A program made the translations under genes and the position numbers. Below the pieces are notes generated by a model. The model searched no databases and was not told the origin of the DNA. It was given only the letters and a program-made list of their open reading frames with translations. Below are positions 42,478-57,247 of a DNA stretch of 64,000 nucleotides, in pieces. Location of the stretch: the NCBI GenBank assembly GCA_951406725.2, contig OX597836.1, positions 21,700,001-21,764,000 of the forward strand, in the 5' to 3' direction. This DNA is from Octopus vulgaris (taxonomy: Eukaryota). Every line of letters starts with the position of its first letter. Position 1 is the stretch's first letter.

Positions 42478-42804
42478 AATAATAATAATAATAATAATAG
42501 TAATCAAATATTACATATATGTGTGTGTGTGTGTGCGTGTGTTCATGTGTATACACACACACATACACACACTTAAAAGGAGGAACACTATCGCCTGTAT
42601 TTTATGTGTGTGCATTTTTGTTTATCGCTTCTTTGCTTTTTTTTTTTAAAGGAAAATGTTTTACGATCCAGACAAATCACTTCTCCAATTAAGTTTAAAG
42701 AATCAAATTATGATTGCAATTACCTTTGATCGATCGTTATACGATGTGCTGTAGCCATTGTTTTGTGTTTTTTGTATCATTGTTTCTATTATTAATGAAA
42801 ACGG

Positions 42805-42927
42805 AGATGATGACGACGACGACCATGACGACGACGACGATGATGATGATGATGATGATGGTGACGATGACGATGACGATGATGATGATGATGATAATGG
42901 TGATGATGATGATGATGATGAGGGTGG

Positions 42928-42988
<61 letters not shown>

Positions 42989-43848
42989 GATGATGATGAT
43001 GGTGGTGATGATAATGATGGTAATGATGATGATGAGGGTGGTGATGGTGGTGACTGAGCAACAGAGTAACAGAGGAACAACGATATATGTAAGACGATGT
43101 GGTAGAGGAGGAGGAGGAAGAAAGTAAGAAAGAAAGAAAGAGAGAAAGAACAATACATGTACGAGAAGGAGGAGGAGCGAGAGGAGGATGAAGGACAACA
43201 ACTGCATGAAGAAGAAGAAGAAGAAGAAGAAGAAGAAGAAGAAGAAGAAGAAGAAGAAGAAGAAGAAGAAGAAGAAGAAGAAGAAAAAGAAGAAGATGAA
43301 GAAAAAGAAGAAGAAGAAGAAGAAGAATGAGAAGAAGAAGAAGAAGAAGAAGAAGAAGAAGAGAAGAAGAAGAAGAAGAAGAAGAAGGAGAAGAAGAAGA
43401 AGAAGAAGAAGAAGAAGAAGAAGAATGAGAAGAAGAAGAAGAAGAAGAAGAAGAAGAAGAAGAAGATGATGATGAAGAAGAAGAAGAAGAAGAAGAAGAA
43501 GAAGAAGAAGAAGAAGAAGAAGAAGGAGAAGAAGAAGAAGAAGAAGAAGAAGAAGAAGAAGAAGAAGAAGAAGAAGAAGAAGAAGAAGAAGAAGATGATG
43601 ATGAAGAAGAAGAAGAAGAAGAAGAAGAAGAAGAAGGAGAAGAAGAAGAAGAAGAAGGAGAAGAAGAAGAAGAAGAAGAAGAAGAAGAAGAAGAAGAAGA
43701 AGAAGAAGAAGAAGAAGAAGAAGAAGAAGAAGAAGAAGAAGAAGAAGAAGAAGAAGAAGAAGAAGAAGAAGGAGAAGAAGAAGAAGAAGAAGAAGAAGAA
43801 GAAGAAGAAGAAGAAGAAGAAGAAGAAGAAGAAGAAGACGAAGAAGAA
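42805..43848. repeat. (GAT)n tract followed by a ~640 bp (GAA)n polypurine tract (43205-43848)
   Basis: Direct reading; source of poly-S/K/R/D pseudo-ORFs. Confidence 0.96.
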
Positions 43849-44188
43849 TTGGTAAATAACCTTTTTCCTAAATCTAAAATAAAAGCCTTGCTTCCAACCT
43901 CAACCGCCGCCCATTCCGAAATCGGCCAAGAAAAAAGTGAAGAGAGAAAGGAAGAAAGGAAGAAAGGAAGACAGGACAGGCGGAAAATAATTGAAGTTAG
44001 ACAACAGCAACAATTTAAAATAAACAAAGAGAAAATTGTGATTTCAGCTAAAAATATATATATTTATCTTGGAACAACTGGAATATCAGTGCGTTAGTAC
44101 GACTTTTATTAATCTAAATTTCTTGTAATGAACTTCTGTTATCTGCTTGCCTTCTTCATTCTCTGTTTGTATGTCTGTCTGTGTGTAT

Positions 44189-44274
<86 letters not shown>

Positions 44275-44334
44275 TCCTCTTTCTCTTTCTCTATCTTTAT
44301 GTTTCTCTTCCCATGTTATCTGCTCGCTTTCTTC

Positions 44335-44401
<67 letters not shown>

Positions 44402-44558
44402 CTCCCTCTCTCTCTTCCCTCCTCTCTCTCTCTCTCTTTCTTTGGTTCCTTCACTGCCTCCCACCCTTACCCCACTAGTAATGTCCCTTTTTTCTTTGTT
44501 CTCTTTCTTTCTTTGCTTTCTGTATGTCTCTGCATTTTAATCATCTCTTCTTTTTTCC

Positions 44559-44603
<45 letters not shown>

Positions 44604-44682
44604 GCTCCTCCTCTTCCTTTTCCTCCTTCCTCTTCTCCATTGTTTTCATCTACTGTCTCACTATTATCTTTCTTCTCTCGTT

Positions 44683-44741
<59 letters not shown>

Positions 44742-44744
<3 letters not shown>

Positions 44745-46380
44745 TGTTTCCCCGAAAATAAGACCTACTCCGGAAATATGCCCTACCATGATTTTTCAGG
44801 ATGTTTTTAATATAAGCCCTACCCTGAAAATAAGACCTAGTCAAAAATGCATCAGCTTGTTAGCAAGGCTATGTGATGTTTGCAAAATAAATCAACTACC
44901 GCAGCTTGGCTAAAGTCTGCACTAAGTGCGCATGCGCGGAGTTGACTCTCTTGGCTTGATTTCCTTGTCCCCCAGAAAAGATGAGTGCAAACAGAAAGAG
45001 ATATACCGTGGAGTACAAGAAAGGAATTGTGGAAGAGTCCCATAACAAGAATCTTATAGCTTTCTCTAAGAAAGTGGATCCCCGAAAGGTTCAAAAATGA
45101 CAAGAAGAGTACAATAATCTCAGCAGATAGGTGGATGAGGGATGTGCTAAGAAGTGCAAGTATGGACCAGGTCGACAATTGTTATTTTTGGAGCTGGAAG
45201 ATATCACCCCGGGATGGATTACTGACAGAAGAACGAAGGCTTGATATTCAAGAATTTGCTCTTGCAATGATACCACAGTTGGATATACCCCCAGAGATAT
45301 TCAAAGCATCCCCTCATTGGTTGGATAACTTCCTTCAGCGATATGAGCTCTCTCTAAGAAGATCGACAACACTGTTCAAGCTGGAAGATGCTGAAGTGAT
45401 TCAACGCGCACTTGAATTCATGTAACTTCGTTGATGGCATCGACTTTTCTAAATACAATCTCTCCAATATATTTGCTACGGATGAGACTGCAGTGTTTAT
45501 GGGTCAAGAATCTAAAACGACAATTGAACAGACCGGTCCCTCGTCAATCTACGTTGCCTCAACGGGTTACGAAAGTGCAAGAGTTACTTGTATTTTAGCA
45601 ATTCGTCTTGATGGAACAAAAGTCTCGCCGCTTATCACAATGAGCAAAAGAGGGAAAACAACGAGTTTCGGGCATTTATGTCCTTCAAACGGAAAAGGCT
45701 TGGTGCACACAAGCTCTTATAAGAAAAGGGGTTGCTTTAAATATGCCACTTGTTTTACGTGGTTCTCAAAGAGGTCTTTTAGCCTGGGATTCGGCCAGTA
45801 CTCATTGCGTAAAAGATATGAAAACCTTCCTTTCTGAAAGAAGAATTGACCACATAATGATGCTCGCGGGAATGACTTCATATCTACTAACATTAGATCT
45901 TGTAATAAACAAGCCCTTCAAGGATTATTTGCGGATGGAACTGAATGAATATATCGAACATTGAATGGAGAGAAATCAGCGAGGAAACTTTGTCAAAGCC
46001 AACCTCCAAGAGGTCGTGAATTATGTGAAGAATCCATGGAATAAAATTACCAACAGTTGCGTTGTCAAGGCACTACGAGCAGGGTACTTCGCTTAAGGAA
46101 AGTCATATTGCAAAACATGCGAGACTGGGGTCCATGATTCTACAGGAAATGGATTTGCAAGAAATTCAGTCTGAAGTTCGGGGTTTCGATGATTTATAAC
46201 GATGTTCCAGAAGAGGACGAAATGTTTGTGCTTGACTAAAAACAAGAAGCAAATAAATAAACTTTTGATAACTAAAAACATGAGTTTCCTTTTTGCAATT
46301 TTTTCCTTTTACACGAAGACATAAGACTCTTTTTTTTGTCTTCCTTGGATTTTTTTCCGCAAAAGTATAAGACATCTCTT
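44742..46380 (+). mobile_element. Degraded pogo/Tc2-type DNA transposon; transposase pseudogene 44981-46239
   Basis: Left end tgtttccccgaaaataagacc with subterminal repeats; MSANRKRYTVEYKK, FKASPHWLDNFLQRYELSLRRST (CENP-B HTH), DETAV, WDSASTH, LDLVINKPFKDYLR (DDE_1); stops and frameshifts; right TIR not seen. Confidence 0.88.
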
Positions 46381-46514
46381 AAAACCTTCACTCAACGTCA
46401 TAACAAAGAACATCATTTCATTAGAAAATTCGGACCAAATTTAAACACCCTGGGCCAGGAACATTAAAAACATATATTGGTTATCCAAAAAGAAAAAAAA
46501 AGAATTCTACAACC

Positions 46515-46925
<411 letters not shown>

Positions 46926-47243
46926 GCTTTCACGACTACAGCCAATGATTCATACTTCTACTGCTGTCACTTCAACTTCTTAGTCAACGCACAAGACAGC
47001 CATTATGTTCCCACGCTTAAAACGCTACCACGTGGACTCTGTTGAAACTGGCAAGAAATAATTCTGACCTTTACTTTTATTACAGCTTAACTTTTAAAAA
47101 TATATATTTTTGATAAGGTTCGTTTTTTTTTTTCAAGAAGAACCGAAACATGTAAAATCTCTCAGAAAATTAAAATTTATCTTATATAGTGGCGTTTTCA
47201 AACTTCTTTTTTATAAATATATACCCATTCGTATGTCACCTAC

Positions 47244-47300
<57 letters not shown>

Positions 47301-47302
<2 letters not shown>

Positions 47303-47680
47303 CGCAGGAGTGGCTGTGTGGTAAGTAGCTTGCTAACCAACCACATGGTTCCGGGTTCAGTCCCACTGCGTGGCACCTTGGGCAAGTGTCTTCTGCTATA
47401 GCCCCGAGCCGACCAATGCCTTGTGAGTGGATTTGGTACACGGAAACTGAAAGAAGCCTGTATATATGTATATATATATATATAAGTGTGTGTGTATATG
47501 TTTGTGTGTCTGTGTTTGTCCCCCTAGCATTGCTTGACAACCAATGCTGCTGTATTTACGTCCCCGTAGTCTAGCGGTTCGGCAAAAGAGACCGATAGAA
47601 TAAGTACTGGGGTCGATTTGCTCGACTAAAGGCGGTGCTCCAGCATGGCCGCAGTCAAATGACTGAAACAAGTAAAAGAG
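47301..47680 (+). mobile_element. SINE family B within (TA)n
   Basis: Matches 22438-22878 with a short internal deletion. Confidence 0.9.
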
Positions 47681-48488
47681 TATATATATATATAATGCAC
47701 AGAAGATTTTAGTCCTCTCTCTATCACACCTCCACCGCCAATTCCATCAACTGCACCTAGCTCACTCACAAACCCAACCCCAAACCCAAGCCAGATATGC
47801 ATTGAGATAAGTTCACCTACAACAGAAAACCTTGTTTTCAGCCAAGTGGAGCAACGAAGTAATTGCTTGAACTCAACACGTAACTATTCCGCTTTCTATT
47901 TCTTTTTTTTTTTCCTTTTTCTTTTGCCTTATTCAAAACACCAACCCGACCCTTACCAAATTACCAGATGTATAACTAACTGAGTGATGAAATACGATGC
48001 TAGTATTATAAATATATATTGTGATATATAAATAATATGTTAAGAGCACCAGAAAACAACCGATCTGGCTCTTGATTGGTTCACCGCCTCATAAGGTGCT
48101 TAGTGTTTTGGGGATGACGCTTGACGCTTGACGCTAGGCGCTGCAAGGTGCTGCATGACGCTTATGGAAGTCACAGATGAAAAGCGATATTCACTCCCAC
48201 GGCGATGATGTCTATCGACTTACTTACTTATCGATATGCATATCTATATGCATATATATGTGTGCGTGCGCGCGCGTGCACGTGTGTGTGTGTGTGTGTG
48301 TGCGTGCGTTTATGTGGGCTTGTGAATACACTATATCTATATACGTATGCGCACGCACACACGCACACAAATTATATGTGTGGATGTGTAAGTGTGTTGA
48401 AACACACAAGTACAAGCATTCTAAGCTGACAGTATTTCACTCTGTTTAAGGCTACCATGTGGTATGGCGTCTGCAGGACGGCTTTATA

Positions 48489-48544
<56 letters not shown>

Positions 48545-48592
48545 CTTCACCTTGAGCGACCAGTCCGTCAGGTGTCCATTTGACGCCTGACG

Positions 48593-48651
<59 letters not shown>

Positions 48652-48660
48652 TACATATAT

Positions 48661-48704
<44 letters not shown>

Positions 48705-48812
48705 ATATATATATATATATATCTATGTATGTGTGTGTGTGTTTGTAGGTATATGTATATATGTTATATGTACACACACACATAATTATAAGCACGAATG
48801 TTTCTCTATGTT

Positions 48813-48862
<50 letters not shown>

Positions 48863-49570
48863 TATATGTATGTATGTATGCATATATGTGTATCTATATG
48901 TATAGATATATAAGCAAATACACAGAGACACGCACTTGCCTGCGTGTATGTGTCTTTCATGTTTTTGTGTTCAAAAATAGAGGAAGGATTGTAAAAGAAT
49001 GGGTTTTTGCGTGTATGTATATATGTACATTGTGTATGTGTGCATCTTAATGCACCTGTGTGTGCGTGTGTGTATGTGCGTGTGCATGCTTGCATGTGTG
49101 TGTATGCTCATACATTTTAAGTACAAACATATGTGTAAGTGGGGTGGAAAATAGATTCTGCAGATGCCGAAATAATACGCGTGTCAAATACCAAGGGTAC
49201 AATGACACTTGCACACACACACACACACATACACACACACGCTCGTATACTCATAGGTATGTATGACATATGCATAAGTCATAAGTATATACGCACACAC
49301 ACACATTATATATGGATGTGTGTGCTTGTATCTTCATATTTATGTAGTTACATTTACGTATGTCTATGCCTATGTTGTGTGTTTGTAGTCACATTTTTGT
49401 ATTTATGATGAATTTGTTAAGTAGTTATTCTTGTCTTATTACATTGGTTTCCACCTACGCTCTGTGCACTTGTTTATATATATATGTGTGTGTGTGTGTA
49501 TATATGTATATATGCGCCTGTATGAATGTATGTATGTATGTATGTATGCATATATGTGCCTGTATGTATG

Positions 49571-49616
<46 letters not shown>

Positions 49617-49617
49617 T

Positions 49618-49656
<39 letters not shown>

Positions 49657-49701
49657 ATAAATGTATATATGTATATATATATGTATATATATATATATAT
49701 G

Positions 49702-49930
49702 TTTCTTTATTGCCCACAAGGGGCTAAACATAGAGGGGACAAACAAGGACAAACAAACGGATTAAGTCGATTACATCGACCCCAGTGCGTAACTGGTACT
49801 TAATTTATCGACCCCGAAAGGATGAAAGGCAAAGTCGACCTCGGCGGAATTTGAACTCAGAACGCAACGACAGACGCAATACCGCTAAGCATTTCGCCCG
49901 GTGTGCTAACGTTTCTGCCAGCTCGCCGCC
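49702..49930 (-). mobile_element. SINE family A, full length
   Basis: Reverse complement of 2253-2482. Confidence 0.9.
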
Positions 49931-49984
49931 TTTTGTATATATATATATATACATATGTATATATATATAGTCTCTGTGCACCTG

Positions 49985-50038
<54 letters not shown>

Positions 50039-50137
50039 TAATCCAAACAAGAAAGCACAAAAAAAAAAACAACAACGCGAGGACGTGGAACAAATATAGT
50101 ATTATTGGACGCTCGGGAAAGAAGGGAAGAAGGAGGG

Positions 50138-50170
50138 TTTAACGTTTCGAGCGCAGCTCTTCGTCGGAAA
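50138..50170 (-). ncRNA. Minimal hammerhead-like motif, degenerate, same architecture as 10783-10818
   Basis: Minus strand ttt-CCGACGA-a-gagc-tgc-gctc-GAAA-cg-TT-aaa. Confidence 0.5.
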
Positions 50171-50377
50171 CATAGGAGAAGGAAAGATCCTGAGAAGGGA
50201 AGACAGAGGGAAAAAAACGGTACACACGAGGTCGCGCCTGTATGTGTGTATGCATATATAGTATATATATATATGTATACATTCCTATGTACATACATAC
50301 ATATATATATATATATATTCCGAATGAGATAAAAAACCCCAAGGCTGTGAAGATTTTAAAACATTTATAAATAGAAG

Positions 50378-50425
50378 GTCATACAGCTGTTTCTGGGATA
50401 TTCATTATATCCCCTCATCGGAGAC
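50378..50425 (-). ncRNA. Type I hammerhead-like motif with 7 bp stem II and palindromic stem III
   Basis: Minus strand gtct-CCGATGA-g-gggatat-aatga-atatccc-a-GAAA-cagctg-TA-tgac; one core deviation (U4 to C). Confidence 0.6.
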
Positions 50426-50601
50426 GGTGTGAGAAAATGGTTAAGCAATAGTTAATTTAGATAAGATATGAAATAGAGAGTGAAGTGGAGGAATGAAAAT
50501 AGACGTGAGATATGCAGGGATATTGCATTTGTAGATCCATTTTTTTAGGCAGTATGGTATACATATAAGATTCCAATACCTTGTGTTATTACATAGATAC
50601 T

Positions 50602-50654
<53 letters not shown>

Positions 50655-50660
50655 GTATAT

Positions 50661-50822
50661 ACGACGAGCTTCTTTCAGTCTCCGTTTACCAAATCCACTC
50701 ACAAGGCTTTGGTCGACCCAGGGCTATAATAGAAGACACTTGCCCAAGGTGCCACGCAGTGGGAATGAACCTGGAACCATGTGGTTGGCAAGTAAGTTAT
50801 TTACCACACAGCCACTCCTACG

Positions 50823-50824
<2 letters not shown>
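50661..50824 (-). mobile_element. SINE family B, 5' half, between (TA)n tracts
   Basis: Reverse complement of ~22438-22600. Confidence 0.85.
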
Positions 50825-50885
<61 letters not shown>

Positions 50886-51418
50886 CAAAACGGGACAAGA
50901 ACGCAAAACATCCAGACAACTAGGTGATACAAAAAGGGACAACAAAACATCCAGATAGACGATACAAAGAAAACTAGGACCAGATTATATATACATACAG
51001 ATTATCAAGCACCAGATTATCCTCGCAATTTCGGCTGATATTTCTTGAGATTGCTCCAATCTGGCCAGCCCCAAGGAAAAATTAAGCTAAGAGCATTAGA
51101 TTCTTTGGAAGAACGCAGCGAATATATACAAAAACAAGGACGGAAAAAACGGACAATGTTACACAAATACAAATGCAATAAAAATACAATAAAGATAATA
51201 ACAGGACATAACAACAGGTGTCTTTCGACTAAGGACGAATTGAATTAAGCTGGCGCATGTCGAAATGAAACCTTACGGCAGAGATACAAAAGTTTTCACA
51301 AAAGCGTAAAAGGGCTGATAGAAATAGAGTCGTACAGGATTTTGAAAAATGTGTACTTACATTTAAGATAACAAAGAACGCAAAATATTCGGACAACTAG
51401 GTGATAGAAAAGGATACT

Positions 51419-51890
51419 AGTGGGAATTAAAATCCCAGAACCTAAATCAGTGCGTGAACTGGGTATTAACATGAATGATGATACCTGCTTTCAAGTGCAC
51501 ATTACGAAGATGGTGACAAAGTGCAGAAAGCTGGCTTGCTGGGTCCGGCGAACCTTCAGAACCAGAGAGAAGGAAACCATGATGGTGCTCTGGAGGACAT
51601 TCGTCCTCAGCCGCCTGGATGACTGCACTCAACTATTGTCACCCCACAGTGTAACATTTACAGCGGACCCTGAGGCAATCCAGCAAAGCTACACAAAGAA
51701 GATTGTCTCAGTGTAGTTCAGCTACTGGAAAAGGCTGAAATAGTCAAGGCTCTACTTTCTGGAGCGAAGTCGGGAGAGATATGCAGTAATATATATCTGG
51801 AAGATCCTGGAAAGGATTGTACCAAATTTTGGCATTGAAAGCTACACAAATATCAGAACGGGTCGCCACTGCACAGTGCCAAAGACCCCC
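51419..51890 (+). mobile_element. CR1-group LINE fragment (C-terminal to the RT core), degraded
   Basis: SVRELGINMNDD..F..HI..WVRRTFRTR..LWRTFVLSRLDDCTQLLSPH, then SYWKRLK and RERYAVIYIWKIL with stops. Confidence 0.8.
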
Positions 51891-52574
51891 AACTGAAATA
51901 AAAGTATGCACTCATGGCTTTGATTTTGAAAATAACTCAAGAATTATTCAACCGAATTTCGATGCTGTGATAAGAATCTCACCGCCCCGAGCAATAACCA
52001 GTTCCATTTGGAAACGAACTAATATCACTAGTACTCATTCTGCGCATTAAAAAAACATTTCTTAAATTTCCAGACATCTCACCATTCCACACACTTTTCG
52101 TATGTTTACCATAAATATATATGTTATTAAAAAAAAACTGATAAAAAATCGTCTCTTGTAATAAAAAAAATCATTCTGATAATAAAAGTAAACATCTCTT
52201 GTTTATTGTTTTTGCGTATATGTTTGTATATCTCTAGTGTCCAGAAATTCGCTCGGTTTTGCTGTATCTGTCAGTATCGTTGTTAACCATTCTGCCATAT
52301 CTTGGATAACCGAAAAGGAAATTCCTTAGCATCAGATGTTTGTCCCCCATCCATAGCCATCACTACTGTCTCCGTTAGACACTGGCGTTTGTTTGCTTAC
52401 GTCCCCGTAACAGTGGTTCGTTTAAAAATATGATCACTCGTTAAAAATAATATTTTAAAAATTAAATAAGCTCTGGAGCTTGATTTGTTCGACTAAATCT
52501 TACAAGGCGATGCCCCAGCATGGCCACAGTCATTGTCTGAAACAAGAATGAAATGAAAAAATAAAAGAATAGAC

Positions 52575-52716
52575 CAGTAGTTCCCAACCTGTTGTCCGCC
52601 GCCCCCTGCTCATCTGCAAAGGTCGTACTGGGGGTAGGTGAACTAAATTCAAAATTTTATATATATATGTAAAATTTATTTATATATAAATTATATATAT
52701 ATAATTTATATATATA

Positions 52717-52780
<64 letters not shown>

Positions 52781-52858
52781 AGCAAATTTAAAGGGGTCCG
52801 TGGGAAAACTCATTTAAATAAAAGGGGTCCTTGGTAGTGAAAAGGTTGGGAACCACTG
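52575..52858. mobile_element. hAT (Charlie-like) MITE
   Basis: TIRs cagtagttcccaacct / aggttgggaaccactg; 8 bp TSD gaatagac / aaatagac. Confidence 0.9.
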
Positions 52859-52994
52859 AAATAGACGATCACCACCACCCCAAAAACACAGGTGCGTGGT
52901 GGAGTTACTGCCGTGTCACAGTATATTCATTCAAGTAAATCTTTAGTCATTTTACGTTCAGAAGCCTTTACTCAACTGTACGGCCGAAATCTAG

Positions 52995-53340
52995 TGTGGC
53001 ACCTTGGGCAAATGACTTTTTCTATAGCCTCGGGCCGACTAAAGCCTAGTGAGTGGATTTGGTAGTCGGAAACTGAAAAGAAGCCCGTCGTATATATGTA
53101 TATGTATATATATACATATATGTGTGTGTGCGCGCGTTTGTGCGTGTGTGTTTGTCCCCCCAACATCCCTTGACAACCGGTGTGTTTACGTCCTCGTAAC
53201 TTAGCGGTTCGGCAAAAGACAATGATAGAATAAGTACTAGGCTTGCAAAGAATAAGTCCTGGGGTCGATTTGCTCGACTAAAGGCGGTGCTCCAGCATGG
53301 CCGCAGTTAAATGACTGAAACAAGTAAAAAAGTAAAAGAG
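52995..53340 (+). mobile_element. SINE family B, 5'-truncated
   Basis: Matches ~22505-22878. Confidence 0.87.
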
Positions 53341-53371
<31 letters not shown>

Positions 53372-54282
53372 ACGTGTGCGTGTGTGTGTATGGTATGTAT
53401 ATATTTATATGTATATGTACCTGTGTACATACGCACATGTGTGTGTGTGCGCGCGCGAGTACACCTCCTCTGAATATGCATGTGAACGAAAACAGAATTA
53501 CACTGGATTTCGACTGATAATAAGAAGAGCAGCGACATCAGCACAAATGTCAGCTACAATATCTCCACCCCAAAAAAACTGGCGCGACTCTTTCTGAGAA
53601 TAGATAATACCCTCCTTATAAAAACTGAAAGTTATTACCTTAGGTCACAAACATCAAAAAAAAAAAAAAAAACACAAACCGTATTTGGTAAGATGACATA
53701 AATCGTTGAAGCTGAAATCAGAAAAAAATAACAAAAAAGAAAACGAGAACTTTTGCCGCAGAACTCATAAATGTATTTAGTAAAACCGTTTTCTTTACAA
53801 AAAACTCGAGGTAACATGTGACTGTTTGTTTCTTCTTGTTTCATTCTATCCTTTTCAGTTTCGTTATATATATATATATGTTTGTATATATATATATATG
53901 TTTGTATATATATATATATATGTTTGTATAACATATGTCAACCTCACATTAAGAATGTGTATACCAATATATTTTCAGTTGAACTATAATACGAAAAGAT
54001 TTATTCTCTGAAAACGGACGAATATACTTTGCTTTTCATAGATTTAAACGCATAAAATAGATTTATTCTCCACTCATGTTAAAAAGTTTAAGCTTGCTTT
54101 AACTACACCAAAATATATGCCCATAAAAAAGGAAATTTTCAAAACTTCCTTTTTTTATGGACATATATTTTCGACTTTTCCTCAGAATGTTTTGTATATA
54201 TATATATACATATAGATATACACATACATATATATGTATGTATATATGCATATACAAAAATATTTGTATATATGTGTGTATA

Positions 54283-54318
<36 letters not shown>

Positions 54319-54503
54319 TGTATGTATGTATGTATGTATGTATGTATGTATGTGTGTGTGTGTACGTGCGTTTAGTATTGAAACTAAACATCTATTTCGC
54401 AACTCAAATTCCATGTGACCTCGAGTATGTGGTTGTAATGTGTGTGTGTGTATCTAATGTATATTTGTATATATGTATACATACATACATACATACATAC
54501 ATA

Positions 54504-55557
54504 CAGTAATCATTCGGCATATCGCGGTTTACCTATCGTGCCCTCAATACATCGCGGATTTTCTGGCTAATATATGTACATTTATATCGCGGACTCCTCA
54601 GTATATCGCGGGTTTCTGCAGCCGATAAGTATCTATATTTTTTTAAGATTTTCTTTCCTTCTGTGGTAAGATAAGAATTTATACGACTAAAAATTAATAA
54701 ATAAAAATACAGTACAGTACTGCATTGTATAAAACATTAATTAAAATATATTAAAATAAAATGCGTAGTGTACTGTAGATGAGTAAACAAAGAACCGTAC
54801 ATATTGTATGGAAAACGAAACTCAGAAGGTGAGTGTGTGGTGTTGTTTTGCATTTGTGAGTAAAATTGTGAATTTATTTCAAACCCTATGATGTCACCCA
54901 AACGTTCTGCACCTGCTAAGGCTTCTGTTAGTGAACCCAAACGCCAGAGGAAGATGCTAACTACAGCAGGGAAGGTAAGACTCCTCGAGATGCTTAAGGA
55001 ACGTGACGCTCTGAGTTCGAATTCCGCCGAGGTCGACTTTGCCTTTCATCATTTCGGGGTAGATAAATTAAGTACCAGTTACGCACTGGAGTCGATGTAA
55101 TCGACTTAATCCCTTTGTCTGTCCTTGTTTGTCCCCTCAGTGTTTAGCCCCTTGTGGGTAGTAAAGAAATAGGTGTGCGGATGTAGGCTGCCAAAAGAAT
55201 TTCAGAGAATGGCGGAAGATCGGAACCCTCAGATGCTTCGTGGGTTGCATGTCTAGAAATGCAATGGACAAGCCATGGAAGTTTATAAAGTCATCCTTAC
55301 ACAGAAGAAAAGGCCCATCACAAAACTGCCCATCACTATGTCCCCCAAACGCAAAAAAAAAAAAAAAGATATGGATACTTCTAAGAGTGTGGGGAGAGTT
55401 TATAAAAGCTTGAATATATAAAAATAATAAAATAAATGTATACAAATTATAAAAATAATTTAAAAATATACAGTACAGTCCTGTTTCTACTTCGCGGATT
55501 TTCGCCTACCGCGGGGAGTTTTGGAACGCAACACCCGTGATAGTCAAGGGATTACTG
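54504..55557 (+). mobile_element. Internally deleted Tigger/pogo-like transposon with a nested SINE family A fragment (55002-55171)
   Basis: TA-cagtaatc ... gattactg-TA ends; residual N-terminus MSPKRSAPAKASVSEPKRQRKMLTTAGKVRLLEMLKE. Confidence 0.85.
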
Positions 55558-55716
55558 TATACACACACACACATTAAATTATATATATACATACATACAG
55601 ACATATAAATACGCCTGCGCACTAAATATTCACATATATGTATGTATATATGCATTCATATATGCATAAACACACAAAAACACGCACACGCACACACACA
55701 CACACATACAGACATA

Positions 55717-55915
55717 TCTTTTAGCTGTTTCAGTCATTAGACTGCAGCCATGCTGGGGCACCGCCTTGAATTTTTAGTCGAATGAATCGAAACCAGTACT
55801 TATTTTTTAAGCCCGATACTTATTCTAGCAGTATCTTTTGCCGGACCGCTAAGTTACGGTGAAGTAAACTCACCAACACCGGTTATCAAGTAGTGATGAG
55901 GGACAAACACAGACA
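55717..55915 (-). mobile_element. SINE family B, 3' half, diverged
   Basis: Matches ~19802-20000. Confidence 0.75.
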
Positions 55916-55957
55916 CACACTCATAGATACATATGCAGTCACACACACACACATACA

Positions 55958-56014
<57 letters not shown>

Positions 56015-56886
56015 GCGCACATACATACGCATTCTAAGATATATCTATGGTTGTTCATTTTCTAGTTCATTTTGATAATTCATCCCACATTGACGATGAT
56101 CTATTCATATAAGACTAAAATGTTTCCGGGTCGCTGGCTGCAATACACTAATAGTACAAAAATAAGTGTGCGCTGGAGGGGTTTAGTTTTTCCAACATAA
56201 TACGGATATAATGGAGAAGTGAGGAAATCTATATGGATTGTGTTCCAACGTTATCTACAAGATTAGATAACGCTTCATACCGTTAAAGAAGCAGATAAAG
56301 AAAGTGATAGCTTTTACATGTTTGTACTAAAAAGAGGTCTTCCTGTTCATTGAGAAGCTGGAAGCAGTAAAGCGTTTTACTGATATTGTAATCCACCTTA
56401 ACGCAATTTCTTTCAGAAACGCCATATCAATCGTAGGGAAATGGTTATAAATAATATTTGGGGAAACCCTAGCAACATTCCAACCTACATTTAAAATATA
56501 AGGAGGATTGCTTCATATGAACATTCCATCTCGTGTATTTCACCGTTTATGAATATTAAATGCTGTTCGTATTTCATGTATTGTAGTTTTGAAGCCACTG
56601 TATTTAATGATTCGCTGTGACAACGAGCATGATGGTTAAAAGATTTCTCATCACACGATAACCAACGTGTTAGTTTATTAATATTATTAACGTTTCGTTT
56701 TTTAAAAGATAATTGGAGGATGGTTAGAATTGTATTAAAACTTTATCTGGCGTATCAAAACACAATCCGAGTAAAATGGAAGCATACAACATTATCCACT
56801 AAAACACACCCCTCCTTATGAATGACTTGCGAATGAAAAATGCACTGGAAACATAGGATTATTAAAAGCAAGAGACAACCGCAATA

Positions 56887-56964
56887 GTGTCTTCTACTAT
56901 AGCCGCGGGCCGACCAAAGCCTTGTGAGTGGATTTGGTAGACGGAAACTGAAAGAAGCCCGTCG

Positions 56965-57048
<84 letters not shown>

Positions 57049-57247
57049 TGTGTATCTGTGTTTGTCCCCTAGTATTGCTTGACAACCGATGCTGGTGTGT
57101 TTATATCCCCGTCACCTAGCGGTTCGGCAAAGTACACCGATAGAATAAGTACTAGGCTTACAAAGAATAAGTCCTGGGGTCGATTTGCTCGACTAAAGGC
57201 GGTGCTCCAGCATGGCCAAAGTCAAATGATTGAAACAAGTAAAAGAG
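56887..57247 (+). mobile_element. SINE family B, 5'-truncated
   Basis: Matches ~22523-22870. Confidence 0.87.

Noticed and set aside
44981-46239. Domesticated pogo-derived host gene
   Set aside because: Several stops and frameshifts and a retained transposon end indicate a decayed element.
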